From a virus (lineage: Duplodnaviria > Caudoviricetes), in the IMG/VR virus record IMGVR_UViG_2602041664_000003, positions 7,315-71,314 of that record: a stretch of 64,000 bases of DNA; one strand, given 5' to 3'. Both the position numbers and the translations under genes were made by a program. Below are positions 8,535 through 17,900 of the stretch, in pieces (position 1 is the first letter of the stretch; the number at the start of each line of letters is the position of its first letter). The notes under the pieces are model-generated. The model had not been told where the DNA came from. It was given only the letters and a program-made list of their open reading frames with translations, and did no database searches.

Positions 8535-9245
8535 ATGAAGAAATACATTGGAACAAAAGAAGTAAGTGCCACTCCTGCGTGGCGGATAGATGGCAAGGTT
8601 TATCCCAAAGATGGACCAGTACCACGCTCTATGAACCGTGAAGATGGTTATAAGGTTGTCTATGAGGACGGTTATGAGAGTTGGTCTCCAAAGGACGTAT
8701 TTGAAAAAGCTTACAAGATAGCAGACACATTTCTTGACCGATTGCATATTGAGCAAAAAGATGTGATGAGTAAGTATCATGCGTGTGACGCTTTTATCAA
8801 CTCTGATAAGTTCAGAGAAATAGTAAAAGATGACTATGCCGCTTTCTTACTTTCGTTCCAGAGAGAACTTTTGTGGTATTACATGGGTACACTTAGTAAC
8901 AGAGTGGCTCTCGCACAACAAATTAATTGTAGTGATTTCTTTACGTACAAACTTATCAGTATAGCCATTCATGCTATGAATTTAGGCTATGCGGTGAGAA
9001 GAAGCCATTGGGGTAATAAGAATTTGGTTGTAATTAAGCAAGTTCCTGCTCACATTGAAGGTGACATTATTCCTAAGATGCAATCACTCTCTAATCAAGC
9101 AAAGGATTTGATTGGAAATGGGAAGAATTGCATAGATTATAAGGATCAATGCCTTCTTTATAATAGAGAAACAGGTGAAGCGACAAGTTGGAATCCGTCT
9201 ACGGAGGATTTATTCGCAAAAGATTGGAGAATTGTATTCGAGTAA
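8535..9245 (+). CDS. multidomain protein with C-terminal DUF2829/Tad2-like (Thoeris anti-defence) domain
   Basis: C-terminal AIHAMNLGYAVRRSHWGNK...SWNPSTEDLFAKDWRIV; N-terminal MKKYIGTK...SWSPKDVFEKAY. Confidence 0.75.
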   Translation: MKKYIGTKEVSATPAWRIDGKVYPKDGPVPRSMNREDGYKVVYEDGYESWSPKDVFEKAYKIADTFLDRLHIEQKDVMSKYHACDAFINSDKFREIVKDDYAAFLLSFQRELLWYYMGTLSNRVALAQQINCSDFFTYKLISIAIHAMNLGYAVRRSHWGNKNLVVIKQVPAHIEGDIIPKMQSLSNQAKDLIGNGKNCIDYKDQCLLYNRETGEATSWNPSTEDLFAKDWRIVFE

Positions 9246-9277
9246 ATTTACAACGACATTATAAAAACAAAACAATT

Positions 9278-9568
9278 ATGGCAGTAACAAAAGAAGAATT
9301 GGCAGTATATCTGTCAGAGAAGAGTGGCGAAACGATAACACGCTCAAAGCAGTTCATTGACGATTTCATTGACGTGATGGCGGATGTGCTTTCGTGTGGC
9401 AAAGAAATCAACCTCCGTGATAGCTTCAGGCTAAAGGTTATTGAGCGTAAGCCGAAGAAGGCGTATGACTTCACGAACAAGACAACGATTGACGTGCCTG
9501 CAAAAAAAGTATTGAAATTCGTTGCAGGTAAGGACTTTGAAGAAAGGGTATTGGGATGCAGGAAGTAA
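9278..9568 (+). CDS. HU/IHF-family DNA-binding protein
   Basis: TKEELA...INLRDSFRLKV...PAKKVLKFVAGK signature. Confidence 0.85.
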   Translation: MAVTKEELAVYLSEKSGETITRSKQFIDDFIDVMADVLSCGKEINLRDSFRLKVIERKPKKAYDFTNKTTIDVPAKKVLKFVAGKDFEERVLGCRK

Positions 9569-10086
9569 AGATTGTGCTTGAAGGCGGTGTTTTGCCAGAG
9601 AAAGCAACAGAAGGTGCTGCATGTTATGACCTATTTGCTCCGGAGGATTTTAAGTTGGAGCATGGGCGGCAGGTATTGCCACTCGGTTTCCGAATGCAGT
9701 TGCCGAAGAACATGGCAGCCATTGTAAAATCAAGAAGCGGTTTCTCGTCAAAAGGTATCGAGGTGATGTACGAGCAGTTGTGCGAGTTATACAAAAAGCG
9801 TCTTGATGCAGATGTGTTACTTGGCACAATAGATAGCGATTATACTGGCATTGTAGGTGTTATTATTGATGTTCACGATGAATTAGTATCACACACGTTC
9901 ATCGCAAAGGGAACACGTATTGCACAAATGCAGATTGTCGAAGTACCTGAAACGGAGTTTAAGCAGGTTGATACCCTTGACGAAACAGAGCGTGGTGATG
10001 GTGGTTTTGGTCATACGGGTGCAAAGGAGATTGTTAAACAGAGTGAGAAGCCAAAACGGAAAGCTGGCAGACCACGTAAAAAGTAG
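9556..10086 (+). CDS. dut: trimeric dUTPase
   Basis: Motifs AACYDL, SRSG, GTIDSDYTG, RIAQ, RGDGGFGHTG. Confidence 0.95.
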   Translation: MQEVKIVLEGGVLPEKATEGAACYDLFAPEDFKLEHGRQVLPLGFRMQLPKNMAAIVKSRSGFSSKGIEVMYEQLCELYKKRLDADVLLGTIDSDYTGIVGVIIDVHDELVSHTFIAKGTRIAQMQIVEVPETEFKQVDTLDETERGDGGFGHTGAKEIVKQSEKPKRKAGRPRKK

Positions 10087-10092
10087 GTTTTT

Positions 10093-10341
10093 ATGGATAA
10101 GATTAAGTGTAATATTGAGATTGAATTAGACAGAGGATTGTTTTATGCCATATCAGCATTAAGCGGACTTCCATTGAGTGATGATACCCTTGATGCAATA
10201 ATGAAGAAAGATTCTTATAGCATAAGTATTTCCGACTTGGAGATACCAAATGATCAGAGGAATGCACTTTCACTTGCTATGGCAGCAATCCTATTAGGAA
10301 AGCAGTTGGAAAAAGAGGAAAAGAAGAAAGGAGGAAAGTGA
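10093..10341 (+). CDS. hypothetical protein
   Basis: ORF in operon. Confidence 0.6.
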   Translation: MDKIKCNIEIELDRGLFYAISALSGLPLSDDTLDAIMKKDSYSISISDLEIPNDQRNALSLAMAAILLGKQLEKEEKKKGGK

Positions 10342-10342
10342 T

Positions 10343-10828
10343 ATGCCAAAGATACTAATTGGGATTGACCCGGGACGTGCAGGCGGCTTGGTATCGCTTG
10401 ACGAAAACGGCAAAGCGTTGCAGGTTGTAAAGATGCCAGAAACCATGGGTGGTATTTTGCAATTCTTTCAGCAGTACTCTAATGACGATGCCGTGTGTTA
10501 TCTGGAGAGGGTTCATGCACGTCCCGGTGATGGTGCGGCGAGTATGTTCAAGTTCGGACAAGGCTTCGGTTGGCTTCAAATGGCATTGTTGGCAGCAAAG
10601 GTGAAGACCGTTGAGGTTTTGCCAAACACATGGATGCGTGGTCTTGGTATAAAGTCAAAGAAGAAGGACGAAACAAAGACCGCATACAAAAATCGTCTGA
10701 AATTCGTTGCCGAGCAGTTGTTTCCAGAACAAAGGGTGACGCTATGGAATGCGGACGCTCTATTAATTGCTCATGCCCTCTATGTCGCAGACAAAAAGGG
10801 AGAGATTAGCGCAAACTTGGAGGGTTGA
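10343..10828 (+). CDS. RuvC-like Holliday junction resolvase
   Basis: IGIDPG, YLE, FKFG, ADALLIA motifs. Confidence 0.85.
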   Translation: MPKILIGIDPGRAGGLVSLDENGKALQVVKMPETMGGILQFFQQYSNDDAVCYLERVHARPGDGAASMFKFGQGFGWLQMALLAAKVKTVEVLPNTWMRGLGIKSKKKDETKTAYKNRLKFVAEQLFPEQRVTLWNADALLIAHALYVADKKGEISANLEG

Positions 10829-10830
10829 TT

Positions 10831-11082
10831 ATGGCAGTAGAGAATGTAAATCACCCCTCACATTACAATCACGGCAAGTTAGAGTGTATTGATATTATGG
10901 AGGATGTGTTTGGTGTTGACGAAACAAAAGCCTTCTGCAAACTCAATGCGTTCAAATATTTGGTGAGAGCCGAATTAAAGGGCAAAGAGGTAGAAGATGT
11001 CGACAAGGCTATTTGGTACTTGCAAAAGCACCAAGAACTTGCCAACAAGCAGGAAACAAACAAAATCATTGATAACGTTTAA
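10831..11082 (+). CDS. DUF3310 family (T7 gp1.7 nucleotide-kinase-like) protein
   Basis: VNHPSHY...ECID...NAFKY...KAIWYL. Confidence 0.85.
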   Translation: MAVENVNHPSHYNHGKLECIDIMEDVFGVDETKAFCKLNAFKYLVRAELKGKEVEDVDKAIWYLQKHQELANKQETNKIIDNV

Positions 11083-11085
11083 GCA

Positions 11086-11616
11086 ATGGAACAAAAAGGA
11101 TTAGAATTGGGTAAAATTTACCATGCAGGTAATTTTATCATCAAGAAGTTTACACGTACACTGACAAAGAAGCAGGTGCTTCAATTGCGTGACGCAATGA
11201 ATATCCCACGTGATATTCAGAAGCATTTGGAACGAAACGGCATGCAATTTATCAAGGCATCAACCATTAGTGGATCAGGGAGCGTTGAATGGGTGTTTGG
11301 TATGTCATTCTTTAAGGCGATTGATGAAATGCCTGTAAACGAAAATGGAGAGTTCTACGGGACCGCACTTGATAATCTCACGATGATACTTACATGCATG
11401 TTTGCTGACACGTCTGTCGTTGGCGATATGGAGTATATGGCAGAGAAACAGAAGCTCATGCACAAGTATTTCGACCGCAAAGCAAACAAGGGTGAAATGA
11501 CCGATGAGGAAATCAAGGAGAGTGAAAAAGCCGCTGATGAGGTTCTCAAAAACGAGGAACACAAGGCAACATTAATAAACATGTCAAAGGAGGTGGAAAA
11601 TGGAAGCAATGAATAG
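11086..11616 (+). CDS. hypothetical protein
   Basis: ORF in operon. Confidence 0.7.
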   Translation: MEQKGLELGKIYHAGNFIIKKFTRTLTKKQVLQLRDAMNIPRDIQKHLERNGMQFIKASTISGSGSVEWVFGMSFFKAIDEMPVNENGEFYGTALDNLTMILTCMFADTSVVGDMEYMAEKQKLMHKYFDRKANKGEMTDEEIKESEKAADEVLKNEEHKATLINMSKEVENGSNE

Positions 11617-11791
11617 AGTGATTGACGAGTTGCAGGACTATGTGAGATTGCAAGATGCACTTTTCGTAATCGAGCAAGCGTTGGAAACGGGTGAGATTCC
11701 TGCAATCACGCCAACGTTTCATGACAGTGCGATTGCTTATGAATTGGAGAAGATCCTCAATATGATTGACGGATTGACCCATAAGAAGTAA
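11600..11791 (+). CDS. hypothetical protein
   Basis: ORF overlapping the upstream gene end. Confidence 0.6.
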   Translation: MEAMNRVIDELQDYVRLQDALFVIEQALETGEIPAITPTFHDSAIAYELEKILNMIDGLTHKK

Positions 11792-11795
11792 TCTA

Positions 11796-11926
11796 ACAAA
11801 ACAAAACGGAGAGCCGTTCTCTCGAATGACTCTCCTTATTTACCAATAAAATTTTAAGAATTATGTACGAACTAAGATAACACCGTATATAACGGACGTT
11901 TCGTTTACGTACAAAATCAAATTTGA
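11796..11926 (-). ncRNA. candidate small RNA antisense to the early-gene leader consensus
   Basis: TATATTTG box at 11930-11937 (minus); terminator hairpin 11808-11835 with U tract; no credible ORF. Confidence 0.5.
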
Positions 11927-11985
11927 TTGCAAATATAAGGCTTTCACCCTTATTCTCATCTTAATTTGTGTTAAAAACGATGATG

Positions 11986-12040
11986 CTTCAAAAAATATGT
12001 AGTAAACATTTGGTGCTACATAAAATATGTAGTATCTTTG
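11986..12040 (+). promoter_or_regulatory. two 17-bp operators abutting a TATCTTTG -7 promoter
   Basis: CTTCAAAAAATATGTAG 11986-12002, CTACATAAAATATGTAG 12016-12032, TATCTTTG 12033-12040. Confidence 0.65.
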
Positions 12041-12173
12041 TGGTATAAAAGTCCTACATACCGTGTGCAAAGGACAAGGCTTATATAAGATACTTCATAT
12101 CTAATTTAATATAAGACGAGGTTGTTAAACGGAAGCACGGTTCGTTTAATGACCTCAAACTTTTTTAGGACAG

Positions 12174-12875
12174 ATGAAATATATTAGAAGATCATTGATA
12201 AATGAATGTTTCGGCAACAAGGAATTGCTGAAAGCACTCGCAATGGCGTATCTAATTAAACATCGTACAAAGTCCTCAAACGTTCATCATTACTCAATTA
12301 ATCTTATTCACTCTATCACAGGTATTCATGCCACGACAATCAGAAAGAGATTACAGACATTGAATGAATATGGACTTATTCTTATTGAAAAGGATAATCT
12401 CATCATTCGTTCAACCGTCAGCAAGCACTCAAAGCGAAACATGAATATCGGTCGAATGGATTTCAAAAACGTAAAGACCGTTGAGAGGTCATTGCAGGCG
12501 TTGCAGGTCGTTTTCATGCAACAACGTAAGGATTTCTATAAGCATACTATTCACAACGCTCACAACGGCTCTAATCCAAAGAAGATTAAAGCTGCGAGAA
12601 AAGCATGTCGGAAGTATGGTTTTGGAGATAAGTACGTTGAACGTGGATTATCGTATGCAACAATGGCAAAGAAACTCGGACTGTCCGTTGCAACTACATT
12701 CAGTGTTGTTAAGCATGGAATCGTGAGAAAGTACTTTAAGAAGTTTACTCATTTCGTAGGAACTTTCCTTAAGGGAGTATATGGGATGGATATTCAAGGA
12801 TATACATTCACGACAACAAACTATGGATTTCAAGTACAAGCCAACACATACAAGGTTGGTTACAGATGGACGTAG
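12174..12875 (+). CDS. basic HTH-like DNA-binding protein
   Basis: Winged-HTH-like IHSITGIHATTIRKRLQTL and YATMAKKLGLSVAT segments. Confidence 0.6.
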   Translation: MKYIRRSLINECFGNKELLKALAMAYLIKHRTKSSNVHHYSINLIHSITGIHATTIRKRLQTLNEYGLILIEKDNLIIRSTVSKHSKRNMNIGRMDFKNVKTVERSLQALQVVFMQQRKDFYKHTIHNAHNGSNPKKIKAARKACRKYGFGDKYVERGLSYATMAKKLGLSVATTFSVVKHGIVRKYFKKFTHFVGTFLKGVYGMDIQGYTFTTTNYGFQVQANTYKVGYRWT

Positions 12876-12926
12876 TATAGCATGGTAATATATAGATTAT
12901 AAAAAATGAAGACTAAAAAATAGGAG

Positions 12927-13628
12927 GTGCAAATGAAAACAAATCAAGTAATGACACGTCCAATGGGACAGTTTACAGTTGAGCAAAGGACGAAAGACGG
13001 TTTCTTTGATGGTGCTAATTTGCTTCGCCAATGGAATGGCGTTGAAGGTAATCCACGTAGAAGAATGTCAGAGTTCCTTGAAAGCCCAAAGGTTAAAGAG
13101 TTTTTGAATGCTCTTGCCGAGGATGAAAGCCATAGGCGAAAAATCGACATTGCTGAAAATCAGTTACTTACAAAGGTATCTGGTAAGTTGACGAAATATG
13201 GAAAAACACAAGATAAAGTATGGATGAATCCTATTTTATTCTTAAAGTTTGCTATGTGGATAAACCCTCGATTTGAGGTACAAGTTATACGCTTTGTTTA
13301 TGATAATATGATTGAGTATCGAAACGAAGCTGGCGATGCTTATAAAGAATTATGCGCCGCTCTATCTAAAATAGTTGGTAAGGGTTTTCTTCGTGTTGCC
13401 ATTTTAAATATAGCCAAAGCTATTAATTGGGTAGTATTTAATAATCATGAGGCAATGATTAGAAACAAAGAAGGTATTGAAGATAAAATGAAAGAGTTAT
13501 TCAGCGCAGAAAAGACAGTTGCAATGCTTATCAACGATGGTTTTCTATCTTCTTATGAGGGAGTGGTAAAGTATCTTCGCAAGAAGTGGAGTGAAAAATG
13601 GGCACCAAAAGTACTCACGAGTAAATAA
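12927..13628 (+). CDS. KilA-N domain protein
   Basis: QRTKDGFFDGANLL...WMNPILFLKFAMWINPRFE. Confidence 0.85.
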   Translation: MQMKTNQVMTRPMGQFTVEQRTKDGFFDGANLLRQWNGVEGNPRRRMSEFLESPKVKEFLNALAEDESHRRKIDIAENQLLTKVSGKLTKYGKTQDKVWMNPILFLKFAMWINPRFEVQVIRFVYDNMIEYRNEAGDAYKELCAALSKIVGKGFLRVAILNIAKAINWVVFNNHEAMIRNKEGIEDKMKELFSAEKTVAMLINDGFLSSYEGVVKYLRKKWSEKWAPKVLTSK

Positions 13629-13633
13629 GCTAT

Positions 13634-13960
13634 ATGAGACGTATATACTTTGAGAATTGGCTTTTAACGAAACTTGGATTCCGATTGATAGACGAGGAAC
13701 AGGGAGTAAGGACATACGCAAAATACGATGGTGAAGTCTGCGGCTATCCTATAAGCCTTATGGAGGTGGCAACATCAATGCGCTTCATCCATATTACACT
13801 TAAACTTGACAAAAAACATTGGACGTTCTGGAAGGCATCGTGGATAAGGAGTGAAATATCGAAGGCAGAAGATGTCGAAGCAATATTCAAGGTGTTTTTC
13901 AAAGAGAACAGAAAAGAAATTAACAAATATCTAAAAGTTGCAGAAAAAAATGAAGAATGA
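13634..13960 (+). CDS. hypothetical protein
   Basis: ORF in operon. Confidence 0.6.
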   Translation: MRRIYFENWLLTKLGFRLIDEEQGVRTYAKYDGEVCGYPISLMEVATSMRFIHITLKLDKKHWTFWKASWIRSEISKAEDVEAIFKVFFKENRKEINKYLKVAEKNEE

Positions 13961-14372
13961 AACAAAATTGAAGAAAGTGATTGCGTTTTTGGAAGAAAAC
14001 AACATCAAGTATAGACAACGTAAGAACGTATGGGACGGTCACAGTGATATTTTCTTGCCCGACACAAGGGTTGCTATCAAAATTGATGGAGAAGATAGGG
14101 AACGCTTTTACAAAACGCATAAGGGTAGAAGCTATCCCGTGTTTATCCGTGATGAAGATTCTCCAAAGTTCGTGTTGGAGAAGATCCAAAATACAATCGT
14201 CAAGTCAATGATGAAAGAGCAGGAATTGTTGATGCGCAAGAAACAAAAAGAAGAAAACAGACGCATTAACGCAGAGCAGATGAAGTTGTGTGCTGAAAGA
14301 AAAGCCGCAAAGGCTGCAATGGAAGCAAGGAAGGCTGCAAGGAGAGGGGATAGAAGATATGGCACTAAGTGA
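13950..14372 (+). CDS. hypothetical protein, possible degenerate PD-(D/E)XK nuclease fold
   Basis: DIFLPDTRVAIKIDG resembles Vsr/DUF559-type motif. Confidence 0.5.
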   Translation: MKNETKLKKVIAFLEENNIKYRQRKNVWDGHSDIFLPDTRVAIKIDGEDRERFYKTHKGRSYPVFIRDEDSPKFVLEKIQNTIVKSMMKEQELLMRKKQKEENRRINAEQMKLCAERKAAKAAMEARKAARRGDRRYGTK

Positions 14373-15153
14373 AAAAGAACGAAGCATATTATTCGCAAGC
14401 AAACGGGCGCAGGCGCAGATTAACGCTGCCGACCATGTGACAAATATCCTTTGGAAGATGGCTGAAAATATTGTCAAGGCAGCGAGGAAATACAGACCTT
14501 ACTATCAAAGTAAAACAATGTCTAATGTTGCTCAATACGAAAAGGAAGCGCGTGAGATTGCTGCCAACGCAGAGAAAACTATCGAGAAGTATGTAGAAGC
14601 CTATTCGCAAGCAGGTGGCAGAGTGTTGATGATTGACACCGAAGAACTTGTAAGCAACTACCTAAAGCAGGAAGTGTTTGGTAAGACATACATGCAACGC
14701 AATAGCGAGTATCTAAGCGATTTCGCAGAGGATATAGTAAAGTTGGTTAAAGCAGGTGTCACTTTGCGTTATGACGAAAAGAGAATCATCAACGCAGTGC
14801 GCAGTTCATATAAAGACCCGTACACTCGCTCGTTAATGTCGAAAGCAGCAAAAGCTGAAAATAAGGCAGTAGAAATTCCACACCGAGGAAAAGGTATTTA
14901 CGCAGCATCATATGAGAATATTATAAGAAATGTGCAGAATACTATAAACCTATCGTGGGGGCACATTGAGATTGAGTATGGAAAATCGGTAGGAGCCGTG
15001 GGGTATCGGACGTATCGCAACTCGTCTTTCCCATGTGATATTTGTGACACTATTGCAAGTGTACCTCATAAAATGAGCGAAGGCATGCTTATCCCGGCGC
15101 ACCATCGTTGCGTCTGTGGGGTTAAATTCATTTTTGATAATAAAGAACTTTAA
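14359..15153 (+). CDS. minor head/morphogenesis protein (MuF/gp7-like)
   Basis: C-terminal CDIC...IPAHHRCVC. Confidence 0.7.
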   Translation: MALSEKERSILFASKRAQAQINAADHVTNILWKMAENIVKAARKYRPYYQSKTMSNVAQYEKEAREIAANAEKTIEKYVEAYSQAGGRVLMIDTEELVSNYLKQEVFGKTYMQRNSEYLSDFAEDIVKLVKAGVTLRYDEKRIINAVRSSYKDPYTRSLMSKAAKAENKAVEIPHRGKGIYAASYENIIRNVQNTINLSWGHIEIEYGKSVGAVGYRTYRNSSFPCDICDTIASVPHKMSEGMLIPAHHRCVCGVKFIFDNKEL

Positions 15154-15166
15154 AAACAATAAAATT

Positions 15167-15397
15167 ATGGAAATTAAAAATTCAGAGAAAGTATTACGTA
15201 TGTTGAAGATGAAGTCAAACATCGAAAATCTGCTCAACTACATCAATGAGCATGAGGATTGCACTGTCATCGTGTCCGCAAAGGCAAAGAACTTGAAAAA
15301 CAAGTTCGTATTTCTTGACGCAGAAGGCGTTGATGAGTTGTTAGGACTTCTGGACTCAATGTCGGAACGATTCGACACCAAATTGAAGGAACTGTAG
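15167..15397 (+). CDS. hypothetical protein
   Basis: Internal ATG with AT-rich leader. Confidence 0.6.
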   Translation: MEIKNSEKVLRMLKMKSNIENLLNYINEHEDCTVIVSAKAKNLKNKFVFLDAEGVDELLGLLDSMSERFDTKLKEL

Positions 15398-15636
15398 TCG
15401 TTTAGCACGATTAATATTTTGCTTTATAATTATGAAACGAATAGTTGATTTATTTAAATCCAAAAAGCAGGAAAAGCCTTCGGTTGAAAAGTCACATCAA
15501 TTATTGTGCGAAGCCTTCGGAAGGATGCTTAGGTACACTCGAGAAGTTCGTCAAGGTCCTTATAGGATTAATAATGATATTTGGTATGGTTAAATCTCAT
15601 TACAGTATAGATCAACAAATACTTTTTGTTAGACAT

Positions 15637-15671
15637 AAAAATAGGGAACATTGTTAGTGTTCCCTATTTTT
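15637..15671. terminator. bidirectional intrinsic terminator between convergent operons
   Basis: AAAAATAGGGAACA / TGTTCCCTATTTTT perfect inverted repeat. Confidence 0.8.
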
Positions 15672-16199
15672 TTACTTCTTCTGATTCATCGCTTTGCCAT
15701 TTTGCCAAATCAAGCAATCCTTACACGTCTTTGGGTAATTGACTGGGAGGTAATAGTGGATAGTTGTGTCTTCCTCCTTGATTTCGTCCTGCTTAATACG
15801 TGCATAGTCAGCAATCTTTGCAGTCATGTCGAGCCACTCCTTTGAGTTTGGCTTTACCAACTTACGTGCTTTGAGTAGATCCGACAATATAGCTTCCTTT
15901 GATGTTGCCTTTGCAAGTTCGTCTGTGGAGATTTCAGAAGCGTCACCCTTTCCCTCATTTTCCTTCTTAATCTCCTCTATGAACTTTTGCACTCCATCAA
16001 GACTTTCGAGTTTCTGTTGTTCTGCTTTCAGTCTGTTTTTATCCCACGTCAAACCTGCGTTCTGAAACGTTAGATTCCATGCATCATTGATACCAATACC
16101 TGCTGCTCTCATGGCGGCATAGCAGAGGTAACGAGCATCTTTAAGCCCGTATCCTGCCGCCTTGCGTTGAAATGTCTGTGTGAAAATTATTTCGCTCAT
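15672..16199 (-). CDS. putative terminase small subunit
   Basis: Co-transcribed with terL and portal; HTH-like N-terminus and helical oligomerisation-like region. Confidence 0.5.
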   Translation of the reverse strand: MSEIIFTQTFQRKAAGYGLKDARYLCYAAMRAAGIGINDAWNLTFQNAGLTWDKNRLKAEQQKLESLDGVQKFIEEIKKENEGKGDASEISTDELAKATSKEAILSDLLKARKLVKPNSKEWLDMTAKIADYARIKQDEIKEEDTTIHYYLPVNYPKTCKDCLIWQNGKAMNQKK

Positions 16200-16205
16200 A
16201 ATGCT

Positions 16206-17900
16206 TTACTTCGTTTTTAGAGAGTCCCAATTATTTTCACCTAAGAAATTCCTATTTTTGTCCCACGTTTTTCCTGACTTGTTGGGTCTTCCTTTTTTAC
16301 CTCCCTTTGGCTGATTAAGGTCGCTACCTCCCTTACCATGATTGATACGTGCGGCAGCTTCCTCTTGCTCAATGTTATTCTCTGTTTGGTTATCTTGCAC
16401 CTCGAGTTGAGTGAGCAAGTCCATTTGTTGTTTTTCTTTCTCTTCTGCAATGATGCGTGCATACTCATCATTCTTAGGGAAGTCCGGACAACGCTCGGAA
16501 GCGGTTTGTCGTGAGATAAATTTATTTTGCACCGCGGTTGCTAAATTTGTAATAATTTCAGTCGAATTACTGTGTATGTACGGCGAAATCCATGCATTAA
16601 CAGGCAATTCTGAATATGTTGCAGTTTGATTTTCCTCAAAACCAATACCAAACTTAACCATCTTTGTGAGCATGTCAACGAATGGCTGCAATAACTGTGC
16701 ATCATTCATTGCAATCTCCAATGCAGGGGAGTAGAGTAATTTGAGTGCAACCCCCGGCAAATCTCCAGATTTCAACTCTGGTGGCTTCACAGTGAACGAC
16801 AACTCATAGATAAGGTCATACGACTTGTCAAGTTGTGTTGCGAAAGCATTTGAAGCGTCCGTTCCATTAAGGAATCCTGCTTCTGCGTCCTTGTCGTCCA
16901 TTGTGACAAGTTTTGCAGCACCATTGCTATCACCGATAACGCTAATATCGTCACCTGATCCTTTCATATACATGATAGGGAACGCATACGCCTTGTTGTT
17001 TTCACACAGATGGGAGAAAGCTTCCTCGTAGTCCTCAATATTCTTCTGTACGGCATGCCAACATGGTCCATCCTCATTGCGTACATAAGCAACAGGAAGA
17101 AATGGGAATCCATGTGGCTTTTTGGTAATGAGTTCAAATCCATTAAGGTCGAATATCTTTTTAAGAAATGCAGAAACGCCACTTTCGTTCACACCACGCT
17201 TGTAACGATAGATGTTTGTGTCATCCCATACCTCAACGTATTCTGTTTTTTCTATGCCATCATCATCATAGTCGTAGTATTTACGTGCAAATAGTTCGAG
17301 TTCACCTGTGATAGAATCGAAATGAGGATAGAGAGTATCGCCATTCAGATAAGATAATGATTTTGCGCCAAACTTACCGTCATTGAAATATCCCACAACG
17401 GCAGCATCGCCTGTAATCATCAATGAGCGGATAGCTTCAAAGTTTCTTATCTCCATGTTGGAAAGCAACCAACACTTCTTGAATTTGATAAGATTCTTTT
17501 GATATTCTTCCTCTTTGGATTTATCTAATGCCCCGTCAGCGATTTCAAACTGAACATCGTTTCCTGTAAGGTGAAGGATATGCTTCGTTGCTATCACCTG
17601 TTGGAAAGCAAAAGAGGTTCGAGTGATAGGTTGCTTATACCATTTATTATTTTCTGGGTTTAGCTTGTATATGTCGGGGTACTTGGTTTCGTCAAAGATA
17701 GCATGAGCAGACGGGTAATACTCACGTAAGAAGTCCGCTTGCGTCATAACGATTCTATACAAGTGGTCCTCCGGCATGGATATATCATCTGCATCATCCC
17801 TTCTTTCCTGTATGTTATGCTGCATGTACCCCTTTGGTGTAACTCTCCACCATGGCTTTTTTGTCAGCACCTCTCTGTAATTCACTGTTAAATCATCCAT
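16206..17900 (-). CDS. portal protein (SPP1 gp6-like)
   Basis: 564 aa next to TerL; HGFPFLPVAY, SGDLPGVALKLLY, ISRQTA motifs. Confidence 0.85.
   Translation of the reverse strand: MDDLTVNYREVLTKKPWWRVTPKGYMQHNIQERRDDADDISMPEDHLYRIVMTQADFLREYYPSAHAIFDETKYPDIYKLNPENNKWYKQPITRTSFAFQQVIATKHILHLTGNDVQFEIADGALDKSKEEEYQKNLIKFKKCWLLSNMEIRNFEAIRSLMITGDAAVVGYFNDGKFGAKSLSYLNGDTLYPHFDSITGELELFARKYYDYDDDGIEKTEYVEVWDDTNIYRYKRGVNESGVSAFLKKIFDLNGFELITKKPHGFPFLPVAYVRNEDGPCWHAVQKNIEDYEEAFSHLCENNKAYAFPIMYMKGSGDDISVIGDSNGAAKLVTMDDKDAEAGFLNGTDASNAFATQLDKSYDLIYELSFTVKPPELKSGDLPGVALKLLYSPALEIAMNDAQLLQPFVDMLTKMVKFGIGFEENQTATYSELPVNAWISPYIHSNSTEIITNLATAVQNKFISRQTASERCPDFPKNDEYARIIAEEKEKQQMDLLTQLEVQDNQTENNIEQEEAAARINHGKGGSDLNQPKGGKKGRPNKSGKTWDKNRNFLGENNWDSLKTK

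Noticed and set aside
11863-11880. MYELR* mini-ORF with a good leader
   Set aside because: It sits behind a hairpin, and promoter and U-tract orientation favour the minus-strand RNA; not fully excluded
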